This document shows positions 52,644-64,000 of a stretch of 64,000 nucleotides of DNA, piece after piece. Under the pieces are notes generated by a model. That model was not told where the DNA came from. It did no database searches and saw only the letters and a program-made list of their open reading frames with translations. The DNA is taken from positions 75,697 to 139,696 of the forward strand of contig CAVRWK010000003.1 in assembly GCA_963724935.1 (NCBI GenBank), in the 5' to 3' direction. The stretch's first letter is position 1, and each line of letters opens with the position of its first letter. This DNA is from Vulcanimicrobiota bacterium (GTDB lineage Bacteria > Vulcanimicrobiota > Vulcanimicrobiia > Vulcanimicrobiales > Vulcanimicrobiaceae). Both the position numbers and the translations under genes were made by a program.

Positions 52644-53722
52644 AACGTTCGTTCTGGTTGGCCGTCGCACTCGGTGCGCTGTCCGCCCTCTGGGCCTGCG
52701 GCGGCGCGTCGCAAAGCGGCCCGCTGCCAACCTCCTATACACCCGGCCCGGGTTCGACGCCGACGGCCGCGCCTAACGTGCTCTACGTCGATCATCACGG
52801 AACGCTGTACCGGTATGGGCTTCCATTGCGAGCCGGGGAACGTCCGTCGCAAGCGCTAGTCGAATCGCCTGGTTCGGCGCTGACGCCGCAGGTTGCGGTC
52901 GATCCCTTCGGCACCATCGCGATCGCGACGACCGAGTACGTGTACACGTACGCTCCGCCGATCCAATCGTTCCAACCGAAATACGCCAAAGTAAAGCTGA
53001 AACTAACACCTGCCATCACCGAGATCGGGCCGGGCGGGGCCGATCTGGTCGACATCGAGTACGATCCGAACGATAATCTGTGGCTGCTCAACGATTTAGG
53101 CGGCGAAATCTCCGAACTCGCAGCGCCGATTCACGCGCACGCGGTTGCAGCGTTCGCTATTCCGTTCGGCGTCTCGGGAACCAAGGCGTCCGGCTTCACG
53201 GGCTTGATTCAGGCGCGCTTCGACGTCAGCGCAGCGTTGTACGTCTATGCAACCAACCCAGCCGCAAATCGCTCGCGGCTGTTCAAGATCTCGTTTCCGT
53301 ACGCTAAACCGCCGTCAGCCGTTGGAATCGATATAGCCCAAGCAGATTTCGTGGACACCAGTCAATACTTGCCGACGGACCCAAATCCGAACTCGCTACT
53401 TCTCGGCCAATACAACGGCCTATTAGCGTCTCCGGCGCCGAACCAACCGCCGCCGCCGCCATCCAACGTCTTGGCGCAGTTCGCCGAACCGTTCCCGCCG
53501 GGACAAGACTTCTTTCCGGAGTCGCACAACGACAGCATCGTCGGCGCATTGATCGCCGACCCGCCGCGCGACATGTTTTATACCCTGGATCGAAGCACCG
53601 GCCGTCTGGATGGGTACGCGCTGCCGCTTCACAACGGTGCGGCGCCGAAGTTCTCGATCGCCTGTCCCGGGGTTCCAGCCGACTGCGCCGGACAAAGCGA
53701 GCATCTGTTCCTAGCGCCCTAA
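52640..53722 (+). CDS. lipoprotein with propeller-like repeats (last gene of the TBDR operon)
   Basis: GTG start overlapping the previous stop (GTGA). Signal plus lipobox MKRSFWLAVALGALSALWA-C. The stop lies 5 nt from the convergent clpX stop. Confidence 0.55.
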   Translation: MKRSFWLAVALGALSALWACGGASQSGPLPTSYTPGPGSTPTAAPNVLYVDHHGTLYRYGLPLRAGERPSQALVESPGSALTPQVAVDPFGTIAIATTEYVYTYAPPIQSFQPKYAKVKLKLTPAITEIGPGGADLVDIEYDPNDNLWLLNDLGGEISELAAPIHAHAVAAFAIPFGVSGTKASGFTGLIQARFDVSAALYVYATNPAANRSRLFKISFPYAKPPSAVGIDIAQADFVDTSQYLPTDPNPNSLLLGQYNGLLASPAPNQPPPPPSNVLAQFAEPFPPGQDFFPESHNDSIVGALIADPPRDMFYTLDRSTGRLDGYALPLHNGAAPKFSIACPGVPADCAGQSEHLFLAP

Positions 53723-53727
53723 CGGGA

Positions 53728-54987
<1,260 letters not shown>

Positions 54988-55017
54988 CGTAGGAACGGGA
55001 GATCCTCCTTCGGCGCG

Positions 55018-55626
55018 CTAGGCCTGGCTCGGCAGACCCTGTCGGTCTTCGAGAATATGGTCGATTATCCCGTAATCCTTGGCCTCTGAGGGCGTCATGT
55101 AGTAGTCGCGGTCGATGTCGCGCAACACTTGCTCGAGCGGTTTTTTGGTCGTCTCTTCATAGATCCGGGCGACCGTCTGGCGGGTCGCGATCAGATCGCG
55201 CGCCGCGATTTCGACGTCGGTGGCCTGGCCGCCGATCTGCGATACCCAGGGCTGATGGATCAGGATCTTCGTATGCGGCAGCGCGTACCGCTTGCCCGCC
55301 GCTCCGCCGGTCAACAGGATGGATCCCATCGAGGCGGCCATGCCCATACAGATGGTCGCAACATCGGGTTTGATGAACCGCATGGCGTCGTACATTGCCA
55401 AACCGGCGGTAACGCTACCGCCGGGAGAGTTGACGTACATATCGATATCTTTGTCTGGGTCTTCTTTTTCGAGGAAGAGCAGTTGCGCGATCACCAGGTT
55501 GGCCAAGTGGTCGTCGATCGCTCCGCCGACGAAGACGATGCGGTCTTTCAGCAGCCGCGAGTAGATATCGTAGGCGCGCTCGCCGCGAGCCGACTGCTCG
55601 ACGACCATCGGCACCAAATGTCCCAT
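55018..55626 (-). CDS. clpP: ATP-dependent Clp protease proteolytic subunit
   Basis: The ORF extends to TTG 55665, but the homology-like N-terminus starts at ATG 55626 ([35 protein letters not shown]). Catalytic Ser context GMAASMG, His context LIHQP. Confidence 0.9.
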   Translation of the reverse strand: MGHLVPMVVEQSARGERAYDIYSRLLKDRIVFVGGAIDDHLANLVIAQLLFLEKEDPDKDIDMYVNSPGGSVTAGLAMYDAMRFIKPDVATICMGMAASMGSILLTGGAAGKRYALPHTKILIHQPWVSQIGGQATDVEIAARDLIATRQTVARIYEETTKKPLEQVLRDIDRDYYMTPSEAKDYGIIDHILEDRQGLPSQA

Positions 55627-55697
55627 AAATTCTACTTTCTCACGTTTCTCTTCGGTCGATTGCACGGCGCACCCGCAATGCGCGCCTGCTCCCTAAA

Positions 55698-57011
55698 CTA
55701 CGCGGGCGTTCCCGGGGTTTCGATTGCCGGCGCGGCGGGTCCGGCGCGGTCGATCAGATAGTCGAGCGTTTTGGTGCGCACGATCCCGTCCATCAACGCG
55801 ACGACCGAGTTGCCTAATGCCTTGCGGACTTTTGCAACGGGTTGGCCGTATTGCCGCGACAGCGCCTCGAGTTCTTCGGCAAGGTCGGCAGGTGTCGCGA
55901 CGATATTCTCCTGCTTGGCAATCTGCTCCACGAGCAGCGTACCCTTCACGCGCGATTCAGCTTCGGATCGTAACTGCACGCGCAACTCATCTTCAGTTTG
56001 TCCGACACGTTCGAGATATTGGGCGAACGAAACGCCGGACTGCGCCGCCGCGGCTGCGGCGTCTCCCATCAGCCGCTCGAGTTCGTTCTCGACCATTACT
56101 TCGGGCAATGGCACTTCATGCGTCGTAACCAGCCGTTCGACGATCGCGCTTCCGGTCGCGCGGCGCGCGCGGGCGTTCGATAGCGCTTCGAGCCGTTTGC
56201 GCACGTCGGCCCGCAGCTCGCCTAACGGACGATCCGCCACGGCACGCGCGAACTCGTCGTCGATCGCCGGCACTTCAAGCGCCTTTACGTCGTGCAGCGT
56301 TACGGTGAAGTCGGCTTCCTTACCGGCCAATTCCGAGACGCTGTAGTCGGCTGGAAACGTGGCCGCAATTTGTTTGGTTTCGCCCGCTTTCATGCCGGCG
56401 ATTCCGCTCGCAAATCCTGGAATAAAACGCCCTTCGGCCAGTTCGATAACCGACCCGGTCGCTGCGCCGCCTTCGAACGGATCGCCCTCGACGCGGCCTT
56501 CGTAATCCACCGTCACTACGTCGCCCAAATGCGCCGGGCGATCGGCCGGCGCAAGCGTTCCTCGCTCGCGAGCCAGCGCTTGTAGGCTCCGCTCGATCTC
56601 GTCGTCGGTCACGGGCTCGGGCGTCGCCGCGACCGGCAATGCCGAGTACGGTTGTAGCGCGATCTCGGGACGCACGTGCACGGTCGCCTTGACGCGCGTC
56701 GGCCGTCCGTCGGTTTCCTCGACGATCTCGAGATGCGGATGGTCGACCGGATCGAGTTGATGCTCGCGCAGCGCGCGTGCGTACGCTTCCGGCACGACTT
56801 CGTCGACAGCTTGCGCGGTAACGGCGCCCGGGCCATACGCCTGCTCGAACACCTTACGCGGCGCCTTACCTTGACGAAAGCCCGGCAGGCGAACGTTTTT
56901 GACGAGCTTGCGAAACGCGCGCTCCTCGGCCGCGGCCAGTTCGTCCGCGCTAATGGGAATGTCGAGCTCGACTTGCGTCGGCGCAAGGCGGTTGAGAATC
57001 GAGGTGCTCAG
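55698..57011 (-). CDS. tig: trigger factor
   Basis: PPIase/FKBP core (GDVVTVDYEGRVEGDPFEGG...FIPGFASGIAGMKAGE). The ribosome-binding signature GFRQGKAPRKV lies upstream of the first canonical start (GTG 56852). Extended here to CTG 57011, with GGAG 10 nt upstream (see findings). Confidence 0.8.
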   Translation of the reverse strand: MSTSILNRLAPTQVELDIPISADELAAAEERAFRKLVKNVRLPGFRQGKAPRKVFEQAYGPGAVTAQAVDEVVPEAYARALREHQLDPVDHPHLEIVEETDGRPTRVKATVHVRPEIALQPYSALPVAATPEPVTDDEIERSLQALARERGTLAPADRPAHLGDVVTVDYEGRVEGDPFEGGAATGSVIELAEGRFIPGFASGIAGMKAGETKQIAATFPADYSVSELAGKEADFTVTLHDVKALEVPAIDDEFARAVADRPLGELRADVRKRLEALSNARARRATGSAIVERLVTTHEVPLPEVMVENELERLMGDAAAAAAQSGVSFAQYLERVGQTEDELRVQLRSEAESRVKGTLLVEQIAKQENIVATPADLAEELEALSRQYGQPVAKVRKALGNSVVALMDGIVRTKTLDYLIDRAGPAAPAIETPGTPA

Positions 57012-57051
57012 GGTGTGTATGCTCCGAAGAGAGGGGGGCAGTCTGTAAAAA

Positions 57052-57126
57052 TGGAGCGGAAGACGAGATTCGAACTCGCGACCCTCGCCTTGGCAAGGCG
57101 ATGCTCTACCACTGAGCTACTTCCGC
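57052..57126 (-). tRNA. tRNA-Gly (anticodon GCC), CCA encoded
   Basis: Manual cloverleaf: GCGGAAG/CTTCCGC acceptor, GCTC/GAGC D stem, TCGCC-TTGCCAA-GGCGA anticodon arm, GCGAG-TTCGAAT-CTCGT T arm. Confidence 0.9.
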
Positions 57127-57153
57127 GTCTGCCGCCGACGAACGGGAACGACG

Positions 57154-57235
57154 TGGGCACGCAGAGACTCGAACTCTGACGGGTTGCCCCACTGGAACCT
57201 AAATCCAGCGCGTCTACCAGTTCCGCCACATGCCC
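57154..57235 (-). tRNA. tRNA-Leu (anticodon TAG), long variable arm
   Basis: Manual fold: GGGCATG/CGTGCCC acceptor, CTGGA-TTTAGGT-TCCAG anticodon arm, variable arm TGGGGCAACCCGT, CAGAG-TTCGAGT-CTCTG T arm. Confidence 0.85.
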
Positions 57236-57407
57236 GGGACGCCCGTGTCCGGCGAACCCCCTCATATAGAACGCATCCGGTCCATTTCCTCTCACAATGC
57301 AAGCCGCGCACGCGTTTTCGAAAGCAAGTTAGGAAGGCGATGCTTTGAGGTATAAGCTCGCCGCGTAGACTCGATTTTTCACAACACCAATAGAGAAAAG
57401 GTGGATC

Positions 57408-57614
<207 letters not shown>

Positions 57615-57631
57615 CCAAGCCACAAGGAAGA

Positions 57632-57661
57632 AGAGCTGGACGAACGTCCGGCTCTTTTTTA
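57632..57661 (+). terminator. Rho-independent terminator candidate
   Basis: AGAGCTGGAC-gaac-GTCCGGCTCT (10-bp stem, one mismatch) running into TTTTTT. Confidence 0.55.
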
Positions 57662-57724
57662 CGCCTTTTGTCGTAGTTCGACTCGCGGCCGGGAACGACG
57701 CGCCTTCTAGCTAATCGAGGTCAG

Positions 57725-58799
57725 ATGCGTCTGCAAGCGTTGGCGGCCGCCGCCGCGGTCTTCATCGCCGTCGCGGCCGGGTGTTCCGGATCACCTTCCA
57801 CCGGTCCGGCTCCGGCGCCCATACCAAATTCATACGATGCCTCAGCCGTCCTATCAGCCGCCGTTTTTGATCGTTAATCGCGATGCAAACACCGTGACCG
57901 TTAACGGAAAATCCCGAATCCCGCGAACGATTTCGGACGGAATCGCACGCCCTATGTCGGCCGCGTTCGACTCGTCGCTGGCCCTCTACGTCGCGAACTC
58001 GGGGGCGAACACGGTGACCGTGTACCGGCCGGCTGGATTGAAACTGGAACGTACGGTTTCGCAAGGCATCGCCGCCCCGTCAGCGATCGCGATCGACCGC
58101 TCGGGCAATCTGTACGTCGCGAACGCCGGTTGCACGGCGCTGCCGTGTAAACAAGCGGCGAGCGTCACGGTGTACGCGGCCGGCACCTCGAACCTCACCC
58201 AAACCATTACGAACGGGATCGACGAACCGAGCGCGCTCGAATTCGGCGGTGACGGTGATTTGTTCGTCGCGAATGCCGCCGGCAACTCGGTGACCGTCTA
58301 CGATTCGGGCTCCGGAAGATTGCTTCGAACGATAACGACCGGCGTCGACGATCCAAGCGCGCTTGCGTTCGACGCCTCCAACGAACTATACGTAGCCAAC
58401 GTCGGCGGCAATTCGGTCACGATCTACCAATCGAATAACAACGCTCCGATCCGGACGATCTCTCAGGGCGTCGACCGCCCGGCCGCACTTGCCTTCGATA
58501 CAAGCGGCAGTTTATACGTCGCAAACTCCGCCGGTAATACGATCGCCGTCTACGCGCCCGGACAGATCGATCCGTCCCGTACGATTTCGCAGAACGTGCA
58601 CGACCCGATTTCGTTGATGGTCGGAACGTCGGGTTATGTATTCGTCGGCAACGCCGGGTCGAACGCCGTGACGTCGTACGGTCCCGGATCCGGAACCATC
58701 CACCGGACGATCTCGGACGGCGTCGACTATCCGGTCTGCATAATTCAGGCGTTGCCATCAAACGAGAAAGCCCCGCAACTTCTTGCGAGGCCTTTGTGA
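57725..58799 (+). pseudogene. NHL-repeat (six-bladed propeller) lipoprotein, signal peptide out of frame with body
   Basis: ATG 57725 encodes MRLQALAAAAAVFIAVAAG-CSGSPSTGPAPAPIPNSY... and stops at ~57877. The repeat body (ORF 57837..58799; six or more units of L[YF]VAN.(A/G)GN(T/S)VTVY...RTI) is in the +1 frame, which is open back to ~57780. Confidence 0.6.
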
Positions 58800-58800
58800 G

Positions 58801-58876
58801 TGGTGCACCGCGAGGGACTTGAACCCCCAACCAAGTGATTAAGAGTCACCTGCTCTACCAATTGAGCTAGCGGTGC
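58801..58876 (-). tRNA. tRNA-Lys (anticodon CTT), CCA encoded
   Basis: Manual fold: GCACCGC/GCGGTGC acceptor, GGTGA-CTCTTAA-TCACT anticodon arm, GGGGG-TTCAAGT-CCCTC T arm. Confidence 0.9.
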
Positions 58877-58881
58877 GAATG

Positions 58882-58954
58882 TGCGCCCTCCGGGACTCGA
58901 ACCCGGGACCAACGGCTTAAAAGGCCGCTGCTCTACCGACTGAGCTAAAGGCGC
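58882..58954 (-). tRNA. tRNA-Lys (anticodon TTT)
   Basis: Manual fold: GCGCCTT/AGGGCGC acceptor, GCGGC-CTTTTAA-GCCGT anticodon arm, CCGGG-TTCGAGT-CCCGG T arm. Confidence 0.9.
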
Positions 58955-59070
58955 TCGCGCGGCTCAGGCCGTCCTATCGATACGCATCGTTTCATTCTAC
59001 GTCCTGCCAAACGAAAGATGACTCGGTGCTGCGTCGCTATCAAAAAATTTGGGAGCAAATAGCGAGAGGT

Positions 59071-59148
59071 TGGGGTGACCGACGGGATCCGAACCCGCGA
59101 CCTCCCGAGTCACAGTCGGGCGCTCTGACCAGCTGAGCTACGATCACC
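59071..59148 (-). tRNA. tRNA-His (anticodon GTG) with encoded G-1 and CCA
   Basis: Manual fold: G-1 plus GTGATCG/CGGTCAC acceptor, CCCGA-CTGTGAC-TCGGG anticodon arm, GCGGG-TTCGGAT-CCCGT T arm. Confidence 0.9.
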
Positions 59149-59193
59149 ACACGAATACCGAGTCTAGCATACCCGGCGACGGACGTTGCGATT

Positions 59194-59267
<74 letters not shown>

Positions 59268-59270
59268 ATA

Positions 59271-59344
59271 TCGGGACGACAGGATTCGAACCTGCGACTT
59301 CTGCGTCCCAAACGCAGCGCTCTACCAAGCTGAGCTACGTCCCG
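59271..59344 (-). tRNA. tRNA-Pro (anticodon TGG)
   Basis: Manual fold: CGGGACG/CGTCCCG acceptor, CTGCG-TTTGGGA-CGCAG anticodon arm, GCAGG-TTCGAAT-CCTGT T arm. Confidence 0.9.
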
Positions 59345-59355
59345 CTCCGCCCTAT

Positions 59356-60208
59356 CTAGAATATTAACGGATGAAAGCCTGCGTACCGTTCCGGTTCGGG
59401 AAGTGGAGCGTCGCCGGCCAGGATCGTATGCGCTTCGACCCGCAGCCCGGCGTCCAATGCCGCGCGCAGCAGACGAAGGTTTTCGGCCGGAACCAACAGC
59501 GAACACCACGACGCGCCGAAGGTTCTCTGCAGCGTGGCCAATGCGAACGAAAAGAGCTGCGTCACGTACGCCGGCGACGCGACGGCCATCGGCCCGATGC
59601 GCCCGTCCGGTCGCGCGTATGCGTATGCGATGAACTCGCCGTTAAGGTAGAACGCGAGCGCGGCAGCGTCGCGCGCAAACCGGAGATGATCCGACGGGCG
59701 CGCGGTTCCGCGCACGCTCGCGATCGAGCGAATCGACGAAACGCCCGTGCTCGCGTAGATCGAGCCGGTCAACGTCGAAGCGGTATTCGCCGGCCGCCAT
59801 GCGCAAGAGTGCGTCCTCGCGCGGCAGCGCACCCCGCAACTCTACGACGGTACTTTTGACACGCAGTCCGGCGCGCGTGAGGAGTACGAGCGCGGCAGCA
59901 TCGTCGGCCGCGGCCGAAACGAGTCGCGGCTCCCCCTTGCCGGCGCCGAGCGCTGCCAAAAGGAGCCGGCGTCCGATTCCGCCGCCGCGGAACCCTCGAT
60001 CGACGTGCACGCGTCCGACCAGCAGCTCGTCCTCAGAACGATGTGCCAGCGCGATGGCGACCGGCTCGTCGCGATCGAATGCCGCCCACGCACACTCCTC
60101 GCGCGCACATTCCATCGCCAACGCCACGTCGAGATCGCCACGGCCGTGTCGCCGCTCGTACCGCGCAGCGTCGTCCGGATCGCACGCGCGAACTTCGAGT
60201 TCATCCAT
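59356..60208 (-). pseudogene. two-domain GNAT-family acetyltransferase-like gene, one frameshift
   Basis: The N-part is ORF 59642..60208 (GNAT motif VHVDRGFRGGGIGRRLLLAAL). The C-part is ORF 59356..59832 (...GTARPSDHLRFARDAAALAFYLNGEFIAYAY...). The frames join near 59705 (extra base in a GCGCGG context). Confidence 0.55.
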
Positions 60209-60797
60209 CGTCGCACAACGATGCCAACAACGCGTCGGCCGCGCGTTGCCGGTGGCTCACACGATTCTTCTCACCGGGATCGAGCTGCCCGAACGTGCAC
60301 GACCGCGGCGGATACCAAAACACCGGATCGTAACCAAAACCATGCTCGCCCGCTTCGCGTTCGGTGATTCTCCCTTCGACGATTCCGCGCGCGGTGCGCG
60401 CGCGTCCATCTGGTTCGACGAGCGCCAGCGCCGATACGAACCGGGCCCCACGCCGCTCGGCTTCGACATCGGCAAGTTCGTCGAGCAGCAGCGCACGTCG
60501 ATTCGGCCACGTCAAGCTCTCGCCGCCGTATCGTGCCGAGTAAATGCCCGGACGGCCGCCGAGCGCTTCGACTTCCAAACCGCTGTCGTCGGCCAATACC
60601 GCCGCTTCGATGCCGGTAGCGCGCAACTGCTGGTACAGCGCCAGCGCTTTAAGCGACGCATTGCCTTCATATGAGTCCGAGGTTTCTTCGACGTCGCGAT
60701 AGTCCGCGAACGTTTCGAGCTGCAACGGCGTGCCTTCGAAGATCGCGCGCATCTCGCGTAGTTTACCGGCGTTTTTGGTGGCGACGAACGTGCGCAT
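60201..60797 (-). CDS. rdgB: non-canonical purine NTP pyrophosphatase (RdgB/HAM1 family)
   Basis: Motifs VATKNAGKLREM, DDSGLEVEALGGRPGIYSARY, FGYDPVF, SHRQRA. Confidence 0.9.
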   Translation of the reverse strand: MRTFVATKNAGKLREMRAIFEGTPLQLETFADYRDVEETSDSYEGNASLKALALYQQLRATGIEAAVLADDSGLEVEALGGRPGIYSARYGGESLTWPNRRALLLDELADVEAERRGARFVSALALVEPDGRARTARGIVEGRITEREAGEHGFGYDPVFWYPPRSCTFGQLDPGEKNRVSHRQRAADALLASLCDDG

Positions 60798-60810
60798 GCT
60801 GTGAGGGGCG

Positions 60811-62640
<1,830 letters not shown>

Positions 62641-62652
62641 GTTACACCGCCA

Positions 62653-62937
62653 TCAGAACGGCGAACAAGTGCCGACGATCGCCATAGCGATCAACCGGCG
62701 CGCGACCAACTGCAACAATAAGAAGACCACGAGAAACGAGATGTCCAAACCACCGATCGGCGGGATGATCCGGCGAAACGGCCGGAGCACCGGCTCGACC
62801 AACCCGGCCAGAATATAGACCCAGCGACCGCGCGCGCCCGGGAACCACGAAACCACCGCATAGATGAAGAGCACGGCGATATACGCCGTCAGCACGTAGT
62901 TGAGAATTATCCATAGGTTGCAGAGGACGACGTTCAT
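62653..62937 (-). CDS. YggT-family membrane protein
   Basis: 94-aa hydrophobic ORF with the YggT pattern (LFIYAVVSWFP...LVEPVLRPFRRIIPPIGGLDISFLV). Confidence 0.8.
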   Translation of the reverse strand: MNVVLCNLWIILNYVLTAYIAVLFIYAVVSWFPGARGRWVYILAGLVEPVLRPFRRIIPPIGGLDISFLVVFLLLQLVARRLIAMAIVGTCSPF

Positions 62938-63422
62938 CGCTGGTCCCTCGCACGCGCGATCGCCTGCACTTCTTCATCCGACGCCTGAGCGCTCGGCTCG
63001 AAACCCTCGACCTGCTTTCCGTACGTACGCGTGTCGGTTCGTGAGTAGAGGCTCGACAGCACGACACCATCGCCGTTGCGATTGAGCAGCGCGAGCGCAT
63101 ACGACAGGTCGGATCCGACATCGTCGATCGCGTTATAGCGGACGAAGCCGATGCGGGAAACGTCGGTTGACGCTAGCGTCTCGAGGGTCGCAACACGCGC
63201 GGCCGCGGCAGCGATCGCATCGTCGAGGCGTTGCTGGCCGGTTTGGAGCTCGCTCAACCGAGCCGACGCTCCGCGGGCCGAGCCGCCAATCAAACCGTCG
63301 TGAACGTCGATCGTTTCCCGCAACTTAGAGAATGCGGGGCGCACGACCGCGGCGTGGTACGCCAGCAGCGCGGTCACCGAAGCGACGAATGCGGCCGCGG
63401 CCGCTATGAGGCTTGTCTGCAT
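62934..63422 (-). CDS. DUF4446-family protein
   Basis: N-terminal TM helix, coiled coil, then RIGFVRYNAIDDVGSDLSYALALLNRNGDGVVLSSLYSRTDTRTYGK, typical of DUF4446. 4-nt overlap with yggT. Confidence 0.7.
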   Translation of the reverse strand: MQTSLIAAAAAFVASVTALLAYHAAVVRPAFSKLRETIDVHDGLIGGSARGASARLSELQTGQQRLDDAIAAAAARVATLETLASTDVSRIGFVRYNAIDDVGSDLSYALALLNRNGDGVVLSSLYSRTDTRTYGKQVEGFEPSAQASDEEVQAIARARDQR

Positions 63423-63639
63423 CTTCTTTATTATTGCACCACGACGAGGATCAGGTGGATCACGGCACCCGCAACGATCCGCTTACCGTTGCTTCCTTCC
63501 GGATCTGGCGGGGTTCACGGGGCTGCGCCGCGTGAAGCCCAACCCCCATCATGGCTTGCCCATGATAGCACAAGCCGCGGGCACCACCCTTCCGCTCGAG
63601 CGACCGGGGAGGCTCGGGCCGCCGCCGAAATTCCAGCCT

Positions 63640-63867
63640 ATGAACGACCCTGTCGTGATCAAGGTCCGCCGCGACGGTCCGTACCTCGTCACCGGCGCAA
63701 TCACGCTGACCGATGCCGATGGCAACCGGTACGATATCGATACGCCGAATGTCGCGTTATGCCGGTGCGGCGCCTCGCAAACCAAACCGTTCTGCGACGG
63801 TTCGCACCGTACGAACGGGTTTTCCGGCTGCGAATCCGCCGGCTCCGCTGAAAGGATCTCCTCGTAA
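63640..63867 (+). CDS. CDGSH iron-sulfur domain protein
   Basis: ORF 63406..63867 trimmed to ATG 63640. 75 aa with GPYLVTG and CRCGASQTKPFCDGSH motifs. Confidence 0.75.
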   Translation: MNDPVVIKVRRDGPYLVTGAITLTDADGNRYDIDTPNVALCRCGASQTKPFCDGSHRTNGFSGCESAGSAERISS

Positions 63868-63868
63868 C

Positions 63869-64000
63869 ATGCCGTCCTACGTCCGCGCCGGTTCCGTCCC
63901 GCACAAACGGCACATTCAGTTTCGCCGGCCCGACGGTGGTCTCTATGCCGAGGAGTTGTTTTCAACCAAGGGTTTCGAAAGCTCGTACTCGTTGCTCTAC
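63869..64000 (+). CDS. hmgA: homogentisate 1,2-dioxygenase, N-terminal fragment (runs off the window)
   Basis: ATG 63869, 1 nt after the CDGSH stop. MPSYVRAGSVPHKRHIQFRRPDGGLYAEELFSTKGFESSYSLLY matches the HmgA N-terminal pattern. Confidence 0.65.
   Translation, partial: MPSYVRAGSVPHKRHIQFRRPDGGLYAEELFSTKGFESSYSLLY

Overview
High-GC (about 60-65 % by eye), almost fully coding bacterial chromosome segment. Most of it is long, co-directional minus-strand housekeeping operons joined by ATGA/GTGA-type overlaps. These are gmk-rpoZ-glmS-rph-(small coiled-coil gene)-mlaE-mlaF-long mlaD-panE, ruvC-ruvA-ruvB-spoIID-queA, a PBP2-like transpeptidase with a PASTA Ser/Thr kinase, valS-pyrR-pyrB-pyrC, lepA, rdgB and tig-clpP-clpX. 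Seven tRNAs sit in two minus-strand groups. Accessory-looking content includes many predicted lipoproteins (signal peptide plus lipobox Cys), several built from NHL/beta-propeller-like repeats. It also includes two tandem phosphoesterase (PLC/AcpA-family) genes and a plus-strand cluster: LuxR-type regulator, TonB-dependent receptor, lipoproteins, PstS-like binding protein, DUF4397-like protein. The long MCE protein with a beta-barrel-like tail, the TBDR, SpoIID and the PASTA kinase suggest a diderm Terrabacteria-type lineage, but the taxon cannot be fixed from sequence alone. The most striking signal is a block at 23.5-34.0 kb. There carB, pdxH, a BatA-like vWA gene, a DUF58 gene, moxR, a BatD-like gene and carA are each broken by many single-base frame hops (about 45 by eye). 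Two lipoprotein genes embedded in the block are intact, and about 53 kb of flanking sequence shows only about 4 isolated frameshifts (S41 peptidase, ECF sigma, NHL lipoprotein, GNAT). This is either very recent localized gene decay or a local consensus-quality artefact, and the sequence alone cannot decide. Two conserved genes (queA, tig) have no canonical start codon upstream of their conserved N-termini. I saw no CRISPR array, transposase, integrase, prophage or recognisable defence/toxin-antitoxin genes. All family calls come from motif recognition by eye, with no searches run.
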